A DNA stretch of 62,000 bases from Octopus vulgaris (taxonomy: Eukaryota), in assembly GCA_951406725.2 (NCBI GenBank), contig OX597823.1:38398001-38460000 (forward strand), read 5' to 3'. The notes beneath the pieces were generated by a model. That model ran no database searches. It was not told where the DNA came from and saw only the letters and a list, made by a program, of their open reading frames with translations. Position numbers and translations under genes: made by a program. Positions 24,661 to 38,289 of the stretch are shown here, one piece after another. Positions within the stretch are counted from its first letter, which is position 1. The number at the start of each line of letters is the position of its first letter.

Positions 24661-27600
24661 ATAAACTTGTTCCTTCAATCAAAGTATTTAAAATGTTCAA
24701 GACGTGAGATTTTGAAATATATAAGTTTGCAATATCCTATTGTAAAGTATCTTAACCACGGTTATAGCTAACCTCTAATACTTTGTCTTCTTGATTAGTT
24801 AGCTGCAACAAAATATTTTCTTTGAAATTTCTAAATTTAAGTCTTGTCAAGGTCTAGTTAAATGTATACTATAATTTATATGACAGTCATCTGTATCTTT
24901 GCTGCAGATGAACACATTCTCAAACTACACCTACTTTCTTAAAAAGAATATCTTAATGTAATTTATGCTGGTCTTTTCCTGAACAAAAAATGGGATGGCC
25001 ATGACTTGGTTTCTTTTCATCCTTGGCCTCTTTAACCAGGATTGGCTTGGAGCTAAGCAACAACAAACAAATCCTTCTGTTGTAGAAAATTTTTTTTATT
25101 TATTGAAGAACAAAAAAAATTTTTTTAATTCATCTGTTAGTGCTTAGCAAATTAATAAATCTAAAGAAATTCTGAATAATTCCTATATTTTAATTTTTGA
25201 TTTAATCAATTTTTTTTTTACATAGAGATTACATTTTAAAAATTGATATATAATTTCATATTGATGTTTCAGTTTTTCATACATTATTTTTGCATCTTAT
25301 ATCTATTAGTTTAAAAATCAAACGAATCTATGGATATATTCTATAGAAGATTATAACAACAAAATGAAACAAATACTGGTAACACATCAATAACTTAATG
25401 TCCAATCTTGGTGCCATAAGAATGTTAACTATGCTAATTGGTCTATCCAGTTTACTTTAACCTCTAATATTAGTGAACTTATAAACAATGTGTTAGTGAA
25501 TATATAAAGTTGGTACGCAACTGTTCACTCCAGAGAGAGTGGAAAGGTCCATTTCTCTCTTTTTGTGTCTGCACACACATACTGTATAGATGAATTGTTA
25601 TAACACAGTGTTGGCTAACAAAATATCTATAAATATGATCTATATTACACTATAGCAATGTAATAAAACATTGTTTATGCATCTGTAATTATCTTTTTTG
25701 CAAAAGACTATTATTGTCTGTCTGCCTGTCTCTCCTTCTCTCTTTCTCTCTCTCTTTCACACACAAACACATGCATACATATGAACACACTTAGCCTTTC
25801 TGTGAAGGACTTTGCATTTTAATTGTGGTCAGAAACTAATCTCTCAGCTTCAAATTTTCTTTAACTCTCTTTAAAGCTACTAATGTAATAAAAGAACATT
25901 ATATATGATTAAAATCCAAATTCATCACAGAATTTGATTGATATCACTATATTTTATATGCAACAAAATGTTACAAAAATGTCTCACTTCACCTAAATTA
26001 GAAAATTTGATACTTTGGTACATTGAGCTTAATTTGAGTTTAAGATGACTCAGAGTCATGCTAGCCTAGTTCTTGTTATGGATAGCTTATTGCAGGCTAA
26101 CATGTAATTAATACACACCTCTATTTGAGATTTTGCAGTGGCAATGATATAACTTTTTCACTTCATCTAGTCAAGTAATCCTAAAATATAATCTTTCATT
26201 CAAACACACCACCATACATGCAAAAACATTCACATACTCTCATGCACTTGGAATGCGGATAAATATTGAATGTACTTGTAATGAATACATTATTGTATTT
26301 TTTTGCAATGTTCTCAATAATTGTCAGTGTTTGAATTGTTCCATATTTATAGCTATGATAAAATATTTATGCACTTAACACTATCTTGTAATCCTTTACT
26401 AGATTAATATCTGTACACACCAATGCTCTTCATTAATATTAGCAAAGTTGCCAAGAAAACATTTAGTCATACATGATTTCATAGTTTTTATGAATTTATA
26501 TAATATGGTATATTGTATGATGAACAAAGCGTGATATCTATGGCTAATATAATATTGTTGAAACCAATGTTATTAGAATGAAGTGATATAAATAAAATTA
26601 TAATAACAATAGTTTTGACCTTTATAAGACCTTCAGATGTAGAGTATGACTTTATTCTTTTATTTTTTTTACTAGAATTGTATGTAGGAATTCAGTGCTG
26701 CATAAACAATCTAATGTGGGTATATATGTCTTAAAGCTAGTAATAATGTATTGTGTAAACTGAAAACTAGATTGTTTCATATACATGAACCAAAATCTGT
26801 TGACAAAACAGTTGGGAAGACCCTAAGCTTTACCAATGATGAAAATATAATTAAAAGTTGTGATTTGTTTATTTTATTATATTCTTTTTGAAAGATTAGA
26901 AACCTTTATCTCTGTTTTGCATTGCTTTAAATACACAATGTATTCTGAATAAAGCTTGCATTATGAAAAACAAAATGATATAACTTACTTAGTTTTTACA
27001 TCATTACAGGTAAGATAGGTTGTTTATTCAGTAGACCATCAGACATTGCTCTCCCAGTGCTAGTAAACCCATTCTCCTTTTCTCTATATAATTTTCAGCA
27101 TTGGGTGCCTGCCTGGTTAGCATTAGAAAGGGCATCTGACTATAAAACAATGTCACACCATATTTGTTCAAGCATGGAGAAATGGAGATAAAATAAAGGC
27201 ATGAATCTCTGAACTATCCACTTCATCCCTCCATCTTCTTCATTGTCATTCTTTGTTTCTTTTGTGTTGCATCGGAATGAAGTGTGTCATCTTTATCATG
27301 AACCTGTTGTAATGCATCCTCTGGATGCATCCAGTTTTATGAACTTAATCCTGATATGTAGTTTTGTTTTGTTTTTGGATCTATTTCATTGTTTTATGAT
27401 TCTTCTGCACTATTCCACACTTAATTTATTTGTGACTATATTGAGTTGTTTATAGCCTGTTTGTTTGGTTCCAACTAAAAACGATACAAACAGAGAAAGA
27501 AAAATAAATAATACAGCAAAATACTTCAGATTGGCAAGCCTTCAGGGGAGTAATTACTATTTTTAGAAGCATAATGCGACCAAGAGTTGTTTAGATGAAG

Positions 27601-28724
27601 TGAATATTGTATATTGTCCATAAACACTGAAGGAAATTTAAGAGTATGCCTGTTGTTTAAAAAATGTGTGTTATTATTTAGCCTTGTGTTTTCATTGGTT
27701 GAGCGGACCTTATGGTCAAAGGTTTTCTAGTAGCGACCATCTAGTCTTTTCAGGCATAGTCTTTAGTTATCCACTATATTCTCCCTTTTCTTAATGACAG
27801 TAGATTATGGCTTAAGATATTTCTAGTAAGTCAAACAGAGGCTTTCTCATTGGCTGTTAGACTGTCTTTAATTTTACAAGTTAGTGAGATAAGAGTAATA
27901 TAAGTAAAGTATCTGATGTAGCATGAATGAATACAGTATAAAACTTTAAAATTTAAAGCGCTTAAAAATTTTTTAAATTGGTGTTGTAAGTGAATTTATC
28001 AAAAGTTTTTCTTTTTGGATATTGAATAATGAAATTTATAGACAACAATTGTACTAGCTATGTATTCTGAACTATTCTATAGTGATTTTTATTTATTTAG
28101 CCTACTGAGATTTGGACATGTAAATCTGAGCACATAAACATGTATAAGAACCAACATAAATAAAATTAAACTTGAATAAATGTTTTATTTTCACTTTACA
28201 TCTAATACAGAAGGTAATTGAAAAGATGCAGTCAGGTTTTGATGTGATAAGAATCTTCCCCTTTCAGCTATTATCAGTTTCTTTTGGAAATAAACAAATA
28301 TTATTATTGCAGACCTTATACTATTAAAGGTCATTGTTTCAAGTTGCGGCTATTTTACTATTACCAAAACTATCCATATGGCCATTTAGATAAAAGAAAC
28401 AAATCTGCTTTTTATCATGAGTGCTTATAAGCTCTTTCATTCTTGTTGCAGCAGTAAAGCATCACAGCCAAACTTCTGTCATATGTCAATCATTGAATGG
28501 AAGCATGCCTTTATTAAGAGATAATACTATTTTTGTGTTTACAAGTATTTATCCAAATACCATTGTAATCATATACAATTGGAGTAGATTGTATGATGAT
28601 ATTTTTGCATAATTAATTAGCATTAACAGTCTCTTAAAACTTAAATCTTTGTCCCAAACACAATTAGAAATATATTTAATGGAAGACGGCAATGGATTAA
28701 CCATTAGTTTTAATAATGAGTGTT

Positions 28725-29040
28725 TAAGTGTTAGATTAACCGAACTCCTGCTGAGATAATTACATGTAAGTAGCTGAATATTCCACAGCCATATGGAATG
28801 TGTTCCTTTAATGTAAATGTCAGGGTCAGTCAGTATGACAAAACATGGTGAAGCTGGACCTTTGAATTAGAGAAACAATACATCTGAAAGAAAGAGAGAG
28901 GGAATTTAATCCCAGCAGTGGACTAGTAGTTTATTGACCTTAAAAAGATGAAAGACAGTATTGAATTTGGCAAGATTTTAACTCAGAGTACAGAGAGCCG
29001 GAAAGAATGCTACAAGGTATTCTATTTGATTGTTATCATT
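28725..29040 (-). mobile_element. decayed SINE
   Basis: ACATGTAAGTAGCTGAATATTCCACAG...GCTGGACCTTTGAATTA is similar to the SINE bodies at 1535-1832 and 33329-33712. Confidence 0.55.
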
Positions 29041-29229
29041 CTGCTAATATGACACTTTTTCAATGAAAGTTATTTGTTTGATAAGAATACTTTTTAATTA
29101 ATCAGTATTATATTTTTATTGACATCCCCCCAAAAAACAACATGAACTATCTCAATGGATCATTTCAGGTAAAAGCTCTTGGCAAACACATAGATAAAAG
29201 TAATATTTAATCAAACACTTTTTCACGCC

Positions 29230-29600
29230 TGGTTGCGTCAGGTCCAATTCATTGAGGCAGATTTCCTACAGTCAGACACACTTCCTGTCACCAACCCTCA
29301 CCTGTTTCCAAGAAAGGTAATATTTCCTCATGGTCAGACATGTTTTTCATGAAAGATTAGAAATGTACAACCTCACTAGCATGATGATGATAATCATTCA
29401 GAACCATTGCATGATGTCAAGATAAGGGTACACATAAAAACACACACATACATATGATGGGCTTCTTTCAGTTTCCATCTACCAGATCTATTCATAAAGC
29501 TTTGGTCAGCTTATGGCTATAATAGAAGACATTTGCCTAAGGTGCCTCACTATGGGATTAAGCCCAAAGCCACATGGTTGGGAATCAAGCTTCTTTATTC
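29230..29600 (-). mobile_element. two adjacent decayed SINE fragments
   Basis: Includes TTTGCCTAAGGTGCCTCACTATGGGATTAAGCCCAAAGCCACATGGTTGGGAATCAAGC, the reverse of the 3105-3245 family head. Confidence 0.55.
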
Positions 29601-29626
29601 CCAACACACAGATATACATTATCATG

Positions 29627-29841
29627 TCCAGTAAGTTCACCATCATCAATTCACTGCAGGGAAAGTTCACTGGTTTTTTTCAATAAAATAGTTTTTAACT
29701 ATTAATGGTGAGATACAATGGATATATTTTCTTGGTAAACTTTCCTCATGGTGAATTCTCTTCATGGTGAATTGACAGTGGTGAACTTTTCCTGTGGTGA
29801 ATTTATGGTGATGAACTTTCTTTGCAGTGAACTTACCTGTA
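29627..29841. mobile_element. small MITE-like element with subterminal GGTGAA(C/T)T repeats
   Basis: CAGTAAGTTCAC (29629) is inverted relative to GTGAACTTACCTG (29827). GGTGAA occurs about five times near the right end and TTCAC near the left end. Confidence 0.5.
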
Positions 29842-30787
29842 ACCATACATTATACACACATTCACTCATAAATTTATTTTATAGAAAACAATGTGTAAAG
29901 AATTAACCTGACATGACAATTAAAAACTGGAGAGTAAACCATAACTCATTTTTGAAATATTAAATTATGATTGTTGTTATTGTTGTTACTGAACTGTACA
30001 TTATTTCCGACTGAGTTTCTCTAACCATGGCCATCCTATCCAGTTTTTTCAGACAACCTATCTCAGATTACATTATCCAATATGTCTTTCCTCCCACCTT
30101 TTTATATATATTTTTAAATGATGTAGTAGGCTTTGAGGGAAATTTGGTTGCTATTTCTAGCTGGTCACCCAACCTCAAAGAGGCTCCCTCAATAGCTCAT
30201 TAATGTATGATTATTTGATGTGGTTAAATTTTACATCAGTTGCCACAGTCATTTTAGACACTGATCAACTCATTGACCTGGAAGTCTATGGTGCTTTTAG
30301 TACTCAGGATCAATTATTTATGGTTTATTATTAAAATGCATTTGTAAAGTAAGCCTGTCCATTAAAAGAGTTTACTAGACAGAATGATCTAAAAGAAATT
30401 TTGAATATGTTTCTATTAACTCTGCATTGATAATTATAGCTTTAGGTACATGCCTGATAGCATCATGCTTCACTGTAGCTTATTATTATTTTACAAACTG
30501 TGTTTCTCCATTTGATTATTTATCAAATTAAAGCATCTTGGTACAATAATAAGATAATGTAAATTATGAAATACTTTGTCTCCTTATAGAAAAAAATGAA
30601 GTGGGAACGTTCCAGTGGATATGTGTATGAATAACATTGTATAATTAAGCTAAGAGGAAAACTAGGTGTCAAAAGGAATCAAATGTAGTTTGTCTAAGAA
30701 AAGACTGCACTGGTATGGACATGTGATGTGTCTGAAGTTTGACATAAGGAAGTTTTAAAGCACACAAAGTGAATTAAATCTGTGGAA

Positions 30788-30975
30788 TAGTGAAAACTGT
30801 TCCCAAAGTAGTGAAAACCCAAAGTAGTGAAAACCGTTCCCAAAGTAGTGAAAACTGTTCCCAAAGTAGTGAAAACTGTTCCCAAAGAAGTGAAAACTGT
30901 TCCCATAGTAGTGAAAACCATTCCCAAAGTAGTGAAAACCGTTCCCAAAGTAGTGAAAACTGCTCCCAAATTAGT
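30788..30975. repeat. 21-bp minisatellite (TAGTGAAAACTGTTCCCAAAG) x ~9
   Basis: Contiguous units without spacers; the second unit has a 5-nt deletion. Confidence 0.95.
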
Positions 30976-31713
30976 AAAAATTGTTCTTTCATCCCCAAGT
31001 TGCTTCTTTGTCTATCCATTATACCCTCACTCTCTTTCTACTTTAAAAACCACTGACCATTTCTATGACTGTCCATTATTTTTTCCAACTCTCTCTCCCC
31101 ACCAATATTCTCTATCTCTCTTATTACACCTGCCATCACTATCTCTTTAATATTACTGTTCCTCTTCCCTCCTTCTAGCACTGTCTTTTTCATTTCTCTC
31201 TCTAGTCACTCTGTCTCCTTGCCATACTCTTACTTCTTTTCCCCTTCCCACTCTGGTTTATCTTTCACAGTCACTCTCTGTCCTGCTACCCACTCTGTTG
31301 ATCATGTTGTCCTGAATGGAGACCTCATGCAATTGCTGTGATCCCTTTTGCCTTGCAGGGTAAAAGGCAACCTAAAAAGTGCTAGTGCTGTAATGAAATG
31401 TTTCCATTACACTCTGTAAAATAATTAGTGAATGAGATAAGACAAAATAGTGTTGAAAAGTCCCTTTCATCTTGTCTTTCTGTGGAAAATTGACTCCAGG
31501 ACTTATTTTCTAAGTACTTATTTCATCAGTTCCTGTTGCTGAACTACTAAGGACATAAAGACACCAACATCAGTTGTCAAGCAGTGGTGGAGGACAAACA
31601 CAGACACAAAGACACACACTCTGGTTGTGTGTGTGTGTATCAACATCATTATTACTCATTAAGATGGGTTTGAACCATGTCTGTCTCATGTTCTATATGT
31701 GTGCATGCACATA

Positions 31714-33027
31714 CAAGGAGGTACCCAAAAGAAACCGAAATTTTGCAATATTATTTTACCCACTTAGTTTTACATGTTTACACTTTTACTGCCTTCAAAG
31801 TATTCTCAATTAGAAGCAATGCATCAGTCCAGATATATTTTCCACTGTTTAAAGTAGTCTTGGAACTCTTGCAAAGTGATGCCTTTTGATGCCTCTGTTG
31901 TTTTTTTCTTCACCTCTTCCACATCTGCAAAACGTTTTCCTTTAAGGACTTTTTTCATTCAGGGGAACAAAAAAATGTCACCGGGAGCAAGATTGGGTGA
32001 ATAGGGAGGGTGGTTAGGCAGGGCCATGTCATATTTGGTCAAAACCTGTCTCACACTTAATGCAGTGTGTGCAGGCACATTGTCATGGTGAAACCACCCT
32101 CTCCACTTTGTCACAAGTCAGAGTGTTTTCATCTCATCACTTCTCACAAATGCTTCAGAATTGTCAAGTAAAATGTCTGGTTAACAGTTTGACCAGGAAG
32201 AAAAAATTCTGTGTGGACAATTCACTTCACATCGATGAAACAAATCAGCATCATCTTGATATTGGACATCACTTGATGTGCTTTTGGGGGGCATGCTGAT
32301 ATTGAATGCTTCCATTGACTTGATTGCTACTTCGCTTCCAGGTCATAGCTATAGCATCAGCTTTTGTCACCAGTGATGATCTTCGAAAAATGGTCTGTAT
32401 CAACTTCCAACTGTTCTTTCAGTTCACAACATGCCTTCAGCTGTAACTGCTTCTGATCTTCTGTGAGCAAGTGAGGCACAAATTTTGCTGCAACTCTTTT
32501 CATTCACAATTCCTCGCCCTAAATTCATTGGCAGGGGCTGCAGGACATGCCAGTCATATCAATAAGTTCGTCAATTGTTTTTGGCAACTCCAAGATCAGT
32601 TCATGAATTTTTATGTTTTCATCCATTTGAGAGGTTGATGGTCTTCCTGAATGAGGTGAGTCTTCAAGTGACAAGTGATCATTCCTAAAGCCTGAAAACC
32701 ACTCATGAACTTGTGTTTTGCTCAAGCAGTGAATTTGTAAGATGTTTGAGGCATGATGACTATTTCTGCTGCTGTTTTCCCTGGCAGAAAGCAGTATTTC
32801 ATGGAAGAATGCTGTTCCTTTGTTTCAGCCATTGCAAAAATCATTGAACAAGGGAGAAGCACTGCAATACAGAGATGCACCATGTGGCAGTACTACTTCA
32901 CTTGCCAATACTGGTTAGCAGACTGATGCCTGAGGGTCACATCACGTGGCTTCTAGCTTCAGAAGCCTGAACTACAACAGACTTGTCCCATAGAGAATAT
33001 TTCTGGTTACTTTTGGGTACCCCTTCG
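31714..33027 (-). mobile_element. full-length decayed mariner transposon
   Basis: Inverted termini CAAGGAGGTACCCAAAAGAAACC and GGTTACTTTTGGGTACCCCTTCG, with TA at the left. Minus-strand peptides include MSKTQVHEWFSGFRND..SLEDSPHSGRPSTS, WFHHDNVPAH and NHPPYSPNLAPGDIFLF. Confidence 0.9.
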
Positions 33028-33328
33028 TGTGTGTGTGTGTGTGTGTGTGTGTGCATGAAGTTTGAGTATAAAAGGTATTCACTAACCAGCTCATTAACTG
33101 TAGTGTCAAATCCATTCTAGGTACATTTTGGCATCTCTGAACAGGCACTGCTTCAGTATAAAAGTCTAAATGTTTTATTGTAGCTAGGGGAAATATAATT
33201 TCAATGATCTTGAGAGAGTTAATGTCTTAGACAAACATTTTACATAGGAGTTTTGTCTCTCATTGGCTTAAAGTTTAGGAAAGTTGTTCTATAGGTTTAC
33301 AAAAAAAAGACTTTATTTAGATACATAT

Positions 33329-33712
33329 GTGGAAGCACTCCGTTAGTTACGGCGATGAGGGTTCCGGTTGATCCGATCAATGGAACAGCCTGCTCGTGAA
33401 ATTAACGTGTAAGTGGCTGAGCACTCCACAGACACGTGTACCCTTAACGTAGTTCTCGGGGATATTCAGCGTGACACAGAGAGTGACAAGGCCGGCCCTT
33501 TGAAATACAGATATAACAGAAACAGGAAGTAAGAGTGAGAGAAAGTTGTGGTGAAAGAGTACAGCAGGGATTACCACCATCCCTGCCGGAGCCTCATGCA
33601 GCTTTAGGTGTTTTCGATCAATAAACACTCACAACACCCGGTCTGGGAATCGAAACCGCAATCCTACGACCGCGAGTCCGCCGCCCTAATCACTGGGCCA
33701 TTGCGCCTCCAC
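33329..33712 (-). mobile_element. full-length tRNA-derived SINE with 12-bp target-site duplication
   Basis: Head GTGGAGGCGCAATGGCCCAGTGATTAGGG...GGTTTCGATTCC carries A and B boxes. The TSD TTAGATACATAT lies at 33317-33328 and 33713-33724. Confidence 0.92.
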
Positions 33713-34616
33713 TTAGATACATATATTATATTTGGATACATATATCACCATCATCATCCTTCTTCACATCAACATTTTAACATTTGTGTTTCTATGTTGA
33801 CATTAGATATTCATTGGATGATATTTAACTCACTTTCTTCGACCTTTGGAGATTTTCTAACTCAGTGCTTGTGTTTTTCTACTCTGTAGCAGTATACTCT
33901 TCATACGAACTTCTATAATCTACCTTTTGCACAAGCGAAACCCTTGTTGCTACACTAAAGAGATCCTTTATTTCATAATCTCATTACTCAAGAAATGCTA
34001 GCCTTAAGAACTATAAGAATCAATGCTGATTCTTGCCTGTAACTCCTGTTCTTCACTGAACTCACATCTTGTCCCAAATTTGTTTACTTACACTCTCAAC
34101 AACTATTCACATACATCTATTTCCTGCAGTGTCAGTGGGAGGTCTTGTCAAAATTTCTGCAATGGCAAATATAGACTAGTTTGTTCTGCACTAAAAACTT
34201 CTATTACATCTTATCTGAACAAACTCTGTTTTGTATTAACATTATCAAAGACAGTTCCTATATAATATTGTATACCGGTTTTTATATTACATAATAAATG
34301 AGAACACTTCTTGGGAGGCTTAGTGTTCAATCTAGCAAATGTATTTAGACTTTCAGCAAGAATTATGAATTAAAAACCTTGGAGCAGTGTTAAGAAGTAC
34401 TGAAGATTATATGTTAGTATGGTCATGCAGAATATTATATTGTGTGTGTATGCATGTGTCTGTGTGATTAGGAATCAGTTAATGATTTACTTTGTAACAA
34501 ATATATATGTGCTTGTACACATAGAGAACATGAGACAGACATGGTTCAAACCCATCCTGGAAGGCAGTAACTTTTAATTAGTAATAATGATGTTGACACT
34601 CACGCACACACATACG

Positions 34617-34651
<35 letters not shown>

Positions 34652-35254
34652 AGACAGACAGAGTGTGTGTGGTCAGTGTGCAGTGGCTAGGCCAGTTTTA
34701 ATTGCTGGAAGCAAGTCAGGTGATTGAACATGTAGCAGGCCAGGAATATTGTTGTTACTAGCTAAAGTACTTTGGTGTAAAGCTAAACCCTCAGTCCAAA
34801 TGTAAAGCCATCAAGAGCCAGCTGCTCTGCACCACTTATTCCATAACACTTGTCAAATTGATAGACCATGTCAGGTGTATGGAAGCTTTGCAGGAGTGAT
34901 TTTCTCCTATGATAACAATTAGATAATATCTCTGATTTCCAGCTAAGTGTTAATTAATATTGCTGTTTCAAGATCTGCAGTTTTTCAGTAAGGTTTAGTC
35001 TATAGTTTTGGGATCTGTAGCTTCGCCAATGATGTTCTATGACATGGAGATATGCTTTTTAATCTGTGGCCCCTGAGTTTCCAAACAAATTTAGACAAGA
35101 AAATAGTGTTTATCTTGTTGCTAACTTGAATGGGTTTAGAGGTTGGTAATATTGGCTTTTGACTGCATTCACAATGGGTCCTGTATGATTTCTTTCAGTG
35201 CCATTCTGGAGTGTTATAGATACTCTCTCTCTCTTTCTGTTTCTCTATCATTCA

Positions 35255-35555
35255 CACACACACTCAAAGCATTGGCATTTGGTATCCTAAAACCAAAGTG
35301 CCATGTAAAAAGCATTGGTATTTGTGCCATGTAAAAAAGGGCTGATGATAGTGCCATGTAAAAGAACAGGTGATGGTACCATGTAAAAAGCATCCAGTAC
35401 ACTCAATAAAGTGGTTGGTACTAGGAAGGGCATCTAACTGTAGAAACCAAGCCAAAACAGGCTATAGAACCTGGTGTGACCCCTGGCTTTGCCAGCACCT
35501 GTCAAGCTATCCAACCCATGTCAGCATGGAAAACAGATGTTAAATGATAATGATA
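35255..35555 (+). mobile_element. SINE/RTE-tail-type repeat with internal GTGCCATGTAAAAA repeats
   Basis: Four GT(G/A)CCATGTAAAA copies, then GGAAGGGCATCTAACTGTAGAAAC...CCAACCCATGTCAGCATGGAAAACAGATGTTAAATGATAATGAT. The same tail occurs at 47265-47475 and, reversed, at 50330-50500. Confidence 0.7.
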
Positions 35556-37269
35556 ATGATACATCACCACTTTAGTGAAGTTAGATCCTCTAACTGGTCA
35601 GCTTGATGTCTGCAACTACAAGCTAGCTGTTGAGGCTCGAATCTGCCTAGGTGTGTGTTACAGGTTGTATTGTGTATAGCTGGGGTATATTGTCTTATAT
35701 GTGATAGTAAGTTTTATACATGAAAAAGTATCTTAAAGTAGAAGCTATTTTTAAAATATTCATCAGCTGAACACTTTAAAAATGAACAAGAGTAAATATA
35801 TACTATATTGAAATAGTTTTAAGAATATCCAGTTTTAATTTACTATACAAAGTATGCAAAATGCTACATTGGTGCTATTGAAAATATATTTTTTTACAGT
35901 TTACCATTCCAGTATTATATTATATTAGAGCTATTTACAGTTTGTGTTATTTTATTTCATTTACTAAATTTATTTAGGATAAAATAAAAAGAATCTCAAT
36001 AAATTATATTATGCTAACTTAAAATTATATTGCAATAATTTCCTTTGTAACAAATAAAGGTATGTTAATGGTATTATTTAATTTATGGCTTAAAATAACA
36101 AAGGATAAAGAAAGTTTTAAATAGTGTATGAAGTATATTGTTGCTCTCACCAATCATCAATAATGTAGTTCTTGATTGTTTGGCCTACAAAAGACAGTAG
36201 CGCTATGCTGATTGGTGAGCTGTGCAGTCACCAAAAGCATTGCTTACTGGCTATGCCATCTTTAGCTTAGGGATTTATAGCCAGATAAAATAATGTTGAT
36301 TGCTGAACTGTCAGTCAAGTAGGTTGAAAGCTTTATTTAGGAACTAATTCTGCTTGTATTCCAAACATTTTTATTTGTAGCCATATGTGGCACTGTAAGC
36401 TGTGATGCAGGACATGGCAGTGCAACTTGTATTCATCAGATCACTGCCAATTAACTACATCATTGGTTGCTTTCAACATCTATATTTTCTAATTATGCTG
36501 AATGGAAACAAACTGAAATGTGTACCTGGATTAATATTTTCCCATACATACCTGTATGTATTTTTTCTTCCTTATATCTGTCAGATATTGTTTGGTAAAT
36601 GGCCATAGTTTGCCTCAATTCTTTAGGAATTAGATGCAACATAGCTCGACAGGTAGGTTATTTTCATTACAAATTAAAAACATTACAAATGAAAAATATC
36701 TCTCATTATACTAAACTTCTTTCTAATTATATTTTCTCAATCATTAATAAGATCTGCTCTTTTCATTTGTCAATTAAAAATAAAATTCGAAATACTTATG
36801 TAAAATTTGTTATTTTTGTGACAATATTTCAATATTCACTCATCATATGAAAGCCATCTGTTTTTGTATTTTTTAATCAGCCAGACAGGTTAGAATATAC
36901 ATACATGCATAAATATGTATATATATATATATATGATTGTCCAAGGGCATTTTTACAGCTATATCTGATAACGGTTATTTTCAATACTTTTCTCGCTGGA
37001 TTATGTGTTTGTTTCTCTTTTGGTCATCAGCAATTTTATTTTTGATCTTTTATATAAATGAAGATATTTCCTCCGTCTGGCTGTTTTTCTCTCTACAAAA
37101 CGGAAAGTTACATTATAGAACAGTTATTTTTACGAGTTGTATTTATTTATTTTTTCATCACCCGATGAGATACATCTGAACCAGTTATTGAGTGTCCCAC
37201 ACAAAAGGAATTGATGCTAGATGTGTTGAAACAATTGTCGTGATTAATAATAAATTCTCATATATTCCA

Positions 37270-37292
37270 TCTTCTGTCTTTCATTTGTTATG

Positions 37293-37323
<31 letters not shown>

Positions 37324-37720
37324 GTATTTATATGTATGTATTTATATTTATATTTATATGTATGTATTTATATTTATATGTATGTATTTATGTGTATATG
37401 TAGGTATATATATGTATTTATATGTATATGCATGTATATTTATATGTATATGCATGTATATATGTATATATATGTATATATATATATATATGTATGTATG
37501 TATGTATGTATATATGTATATGTATGTATGTATATATGTATATATGTATATGTAAAGGTCTTAGTTGCCAATTTTGTACAAGACATTGTAGATCTTTAGC
37601 TGGGCTAAAAAGTCACATTCGATCACAGCACCAGTGACAGTTAAGCTTCGTGCAATGGCCATACTCGATAACGAGGGGGCAGCCATAAAAAAAAAATATA
37701 TATATGTATGTATATATATA

Positions 37721-37755
<35 letters not shown>

Positions 37756-38079
37756 GACTGGCCAGACTGGAGCAATCTCAAGAATAATATATATGTATAT
37801 ATATGTATGTATATATATATATATATGCATATATATGTATGTATATATATATGCATATATGTATATATATATATGTATATATATGTATGTATGTATACAT
37901 ATCTATATATATATATATGTTTATATATATATATGTGTATATGTATGTATATATATGTATGTATGTATATATATATATATATTTGTATATGTATGTATAT
38001 ATATATATATTTGTATATGTATGTATATATATATTTGTATGTATATATATGTATATGTATATGTATATATATGTACATA

Positions 38080-38138
<59 letters not shown>
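37270..38138. repeat. degenerate (TA)n/(TATG)n/(ATCT)n microsatellite complex with embedded retroelement fragments
   Basis: Directly visible. Confidence 0.95.
37554..37696 (+). mobile_element. extreme 5'-truncated RTE LINE 3' end (C2H2 finger, 3' UTR, poly-A)
   Basis: Encodes [27 protein letters not shown] (C-x2-C...H-x4-H, typical of RTE C-termini), followed by GGCCATACTCGATAACGAGGGGGCAGCCAT and A10. Confidence 0.75.
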
Positions 38139-38141
<3 letters not shown>

Positions 38142-38289
38142 TATTGTTCTGGCTGTTGCCCATGCAACATCGATATTCTTCCCTGAGTTTGTGAAATTTT
38201 TGTAAGGCTTCACTTCCATGCGCGCCAGCTTAATTCAATTCATACTTGGTTGAAAGACACCTGTTGTTATGTCCTGTTAGTATTTTTAT

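Noticed and set aside
30788-30975. 21-bp repeats as a CRISPR array or repeat protein
   Set aside because: Units are contiguous with no spacers, the context is eukaryotic, there are no cas genes, and a 5-nt deletion breaks the frame.
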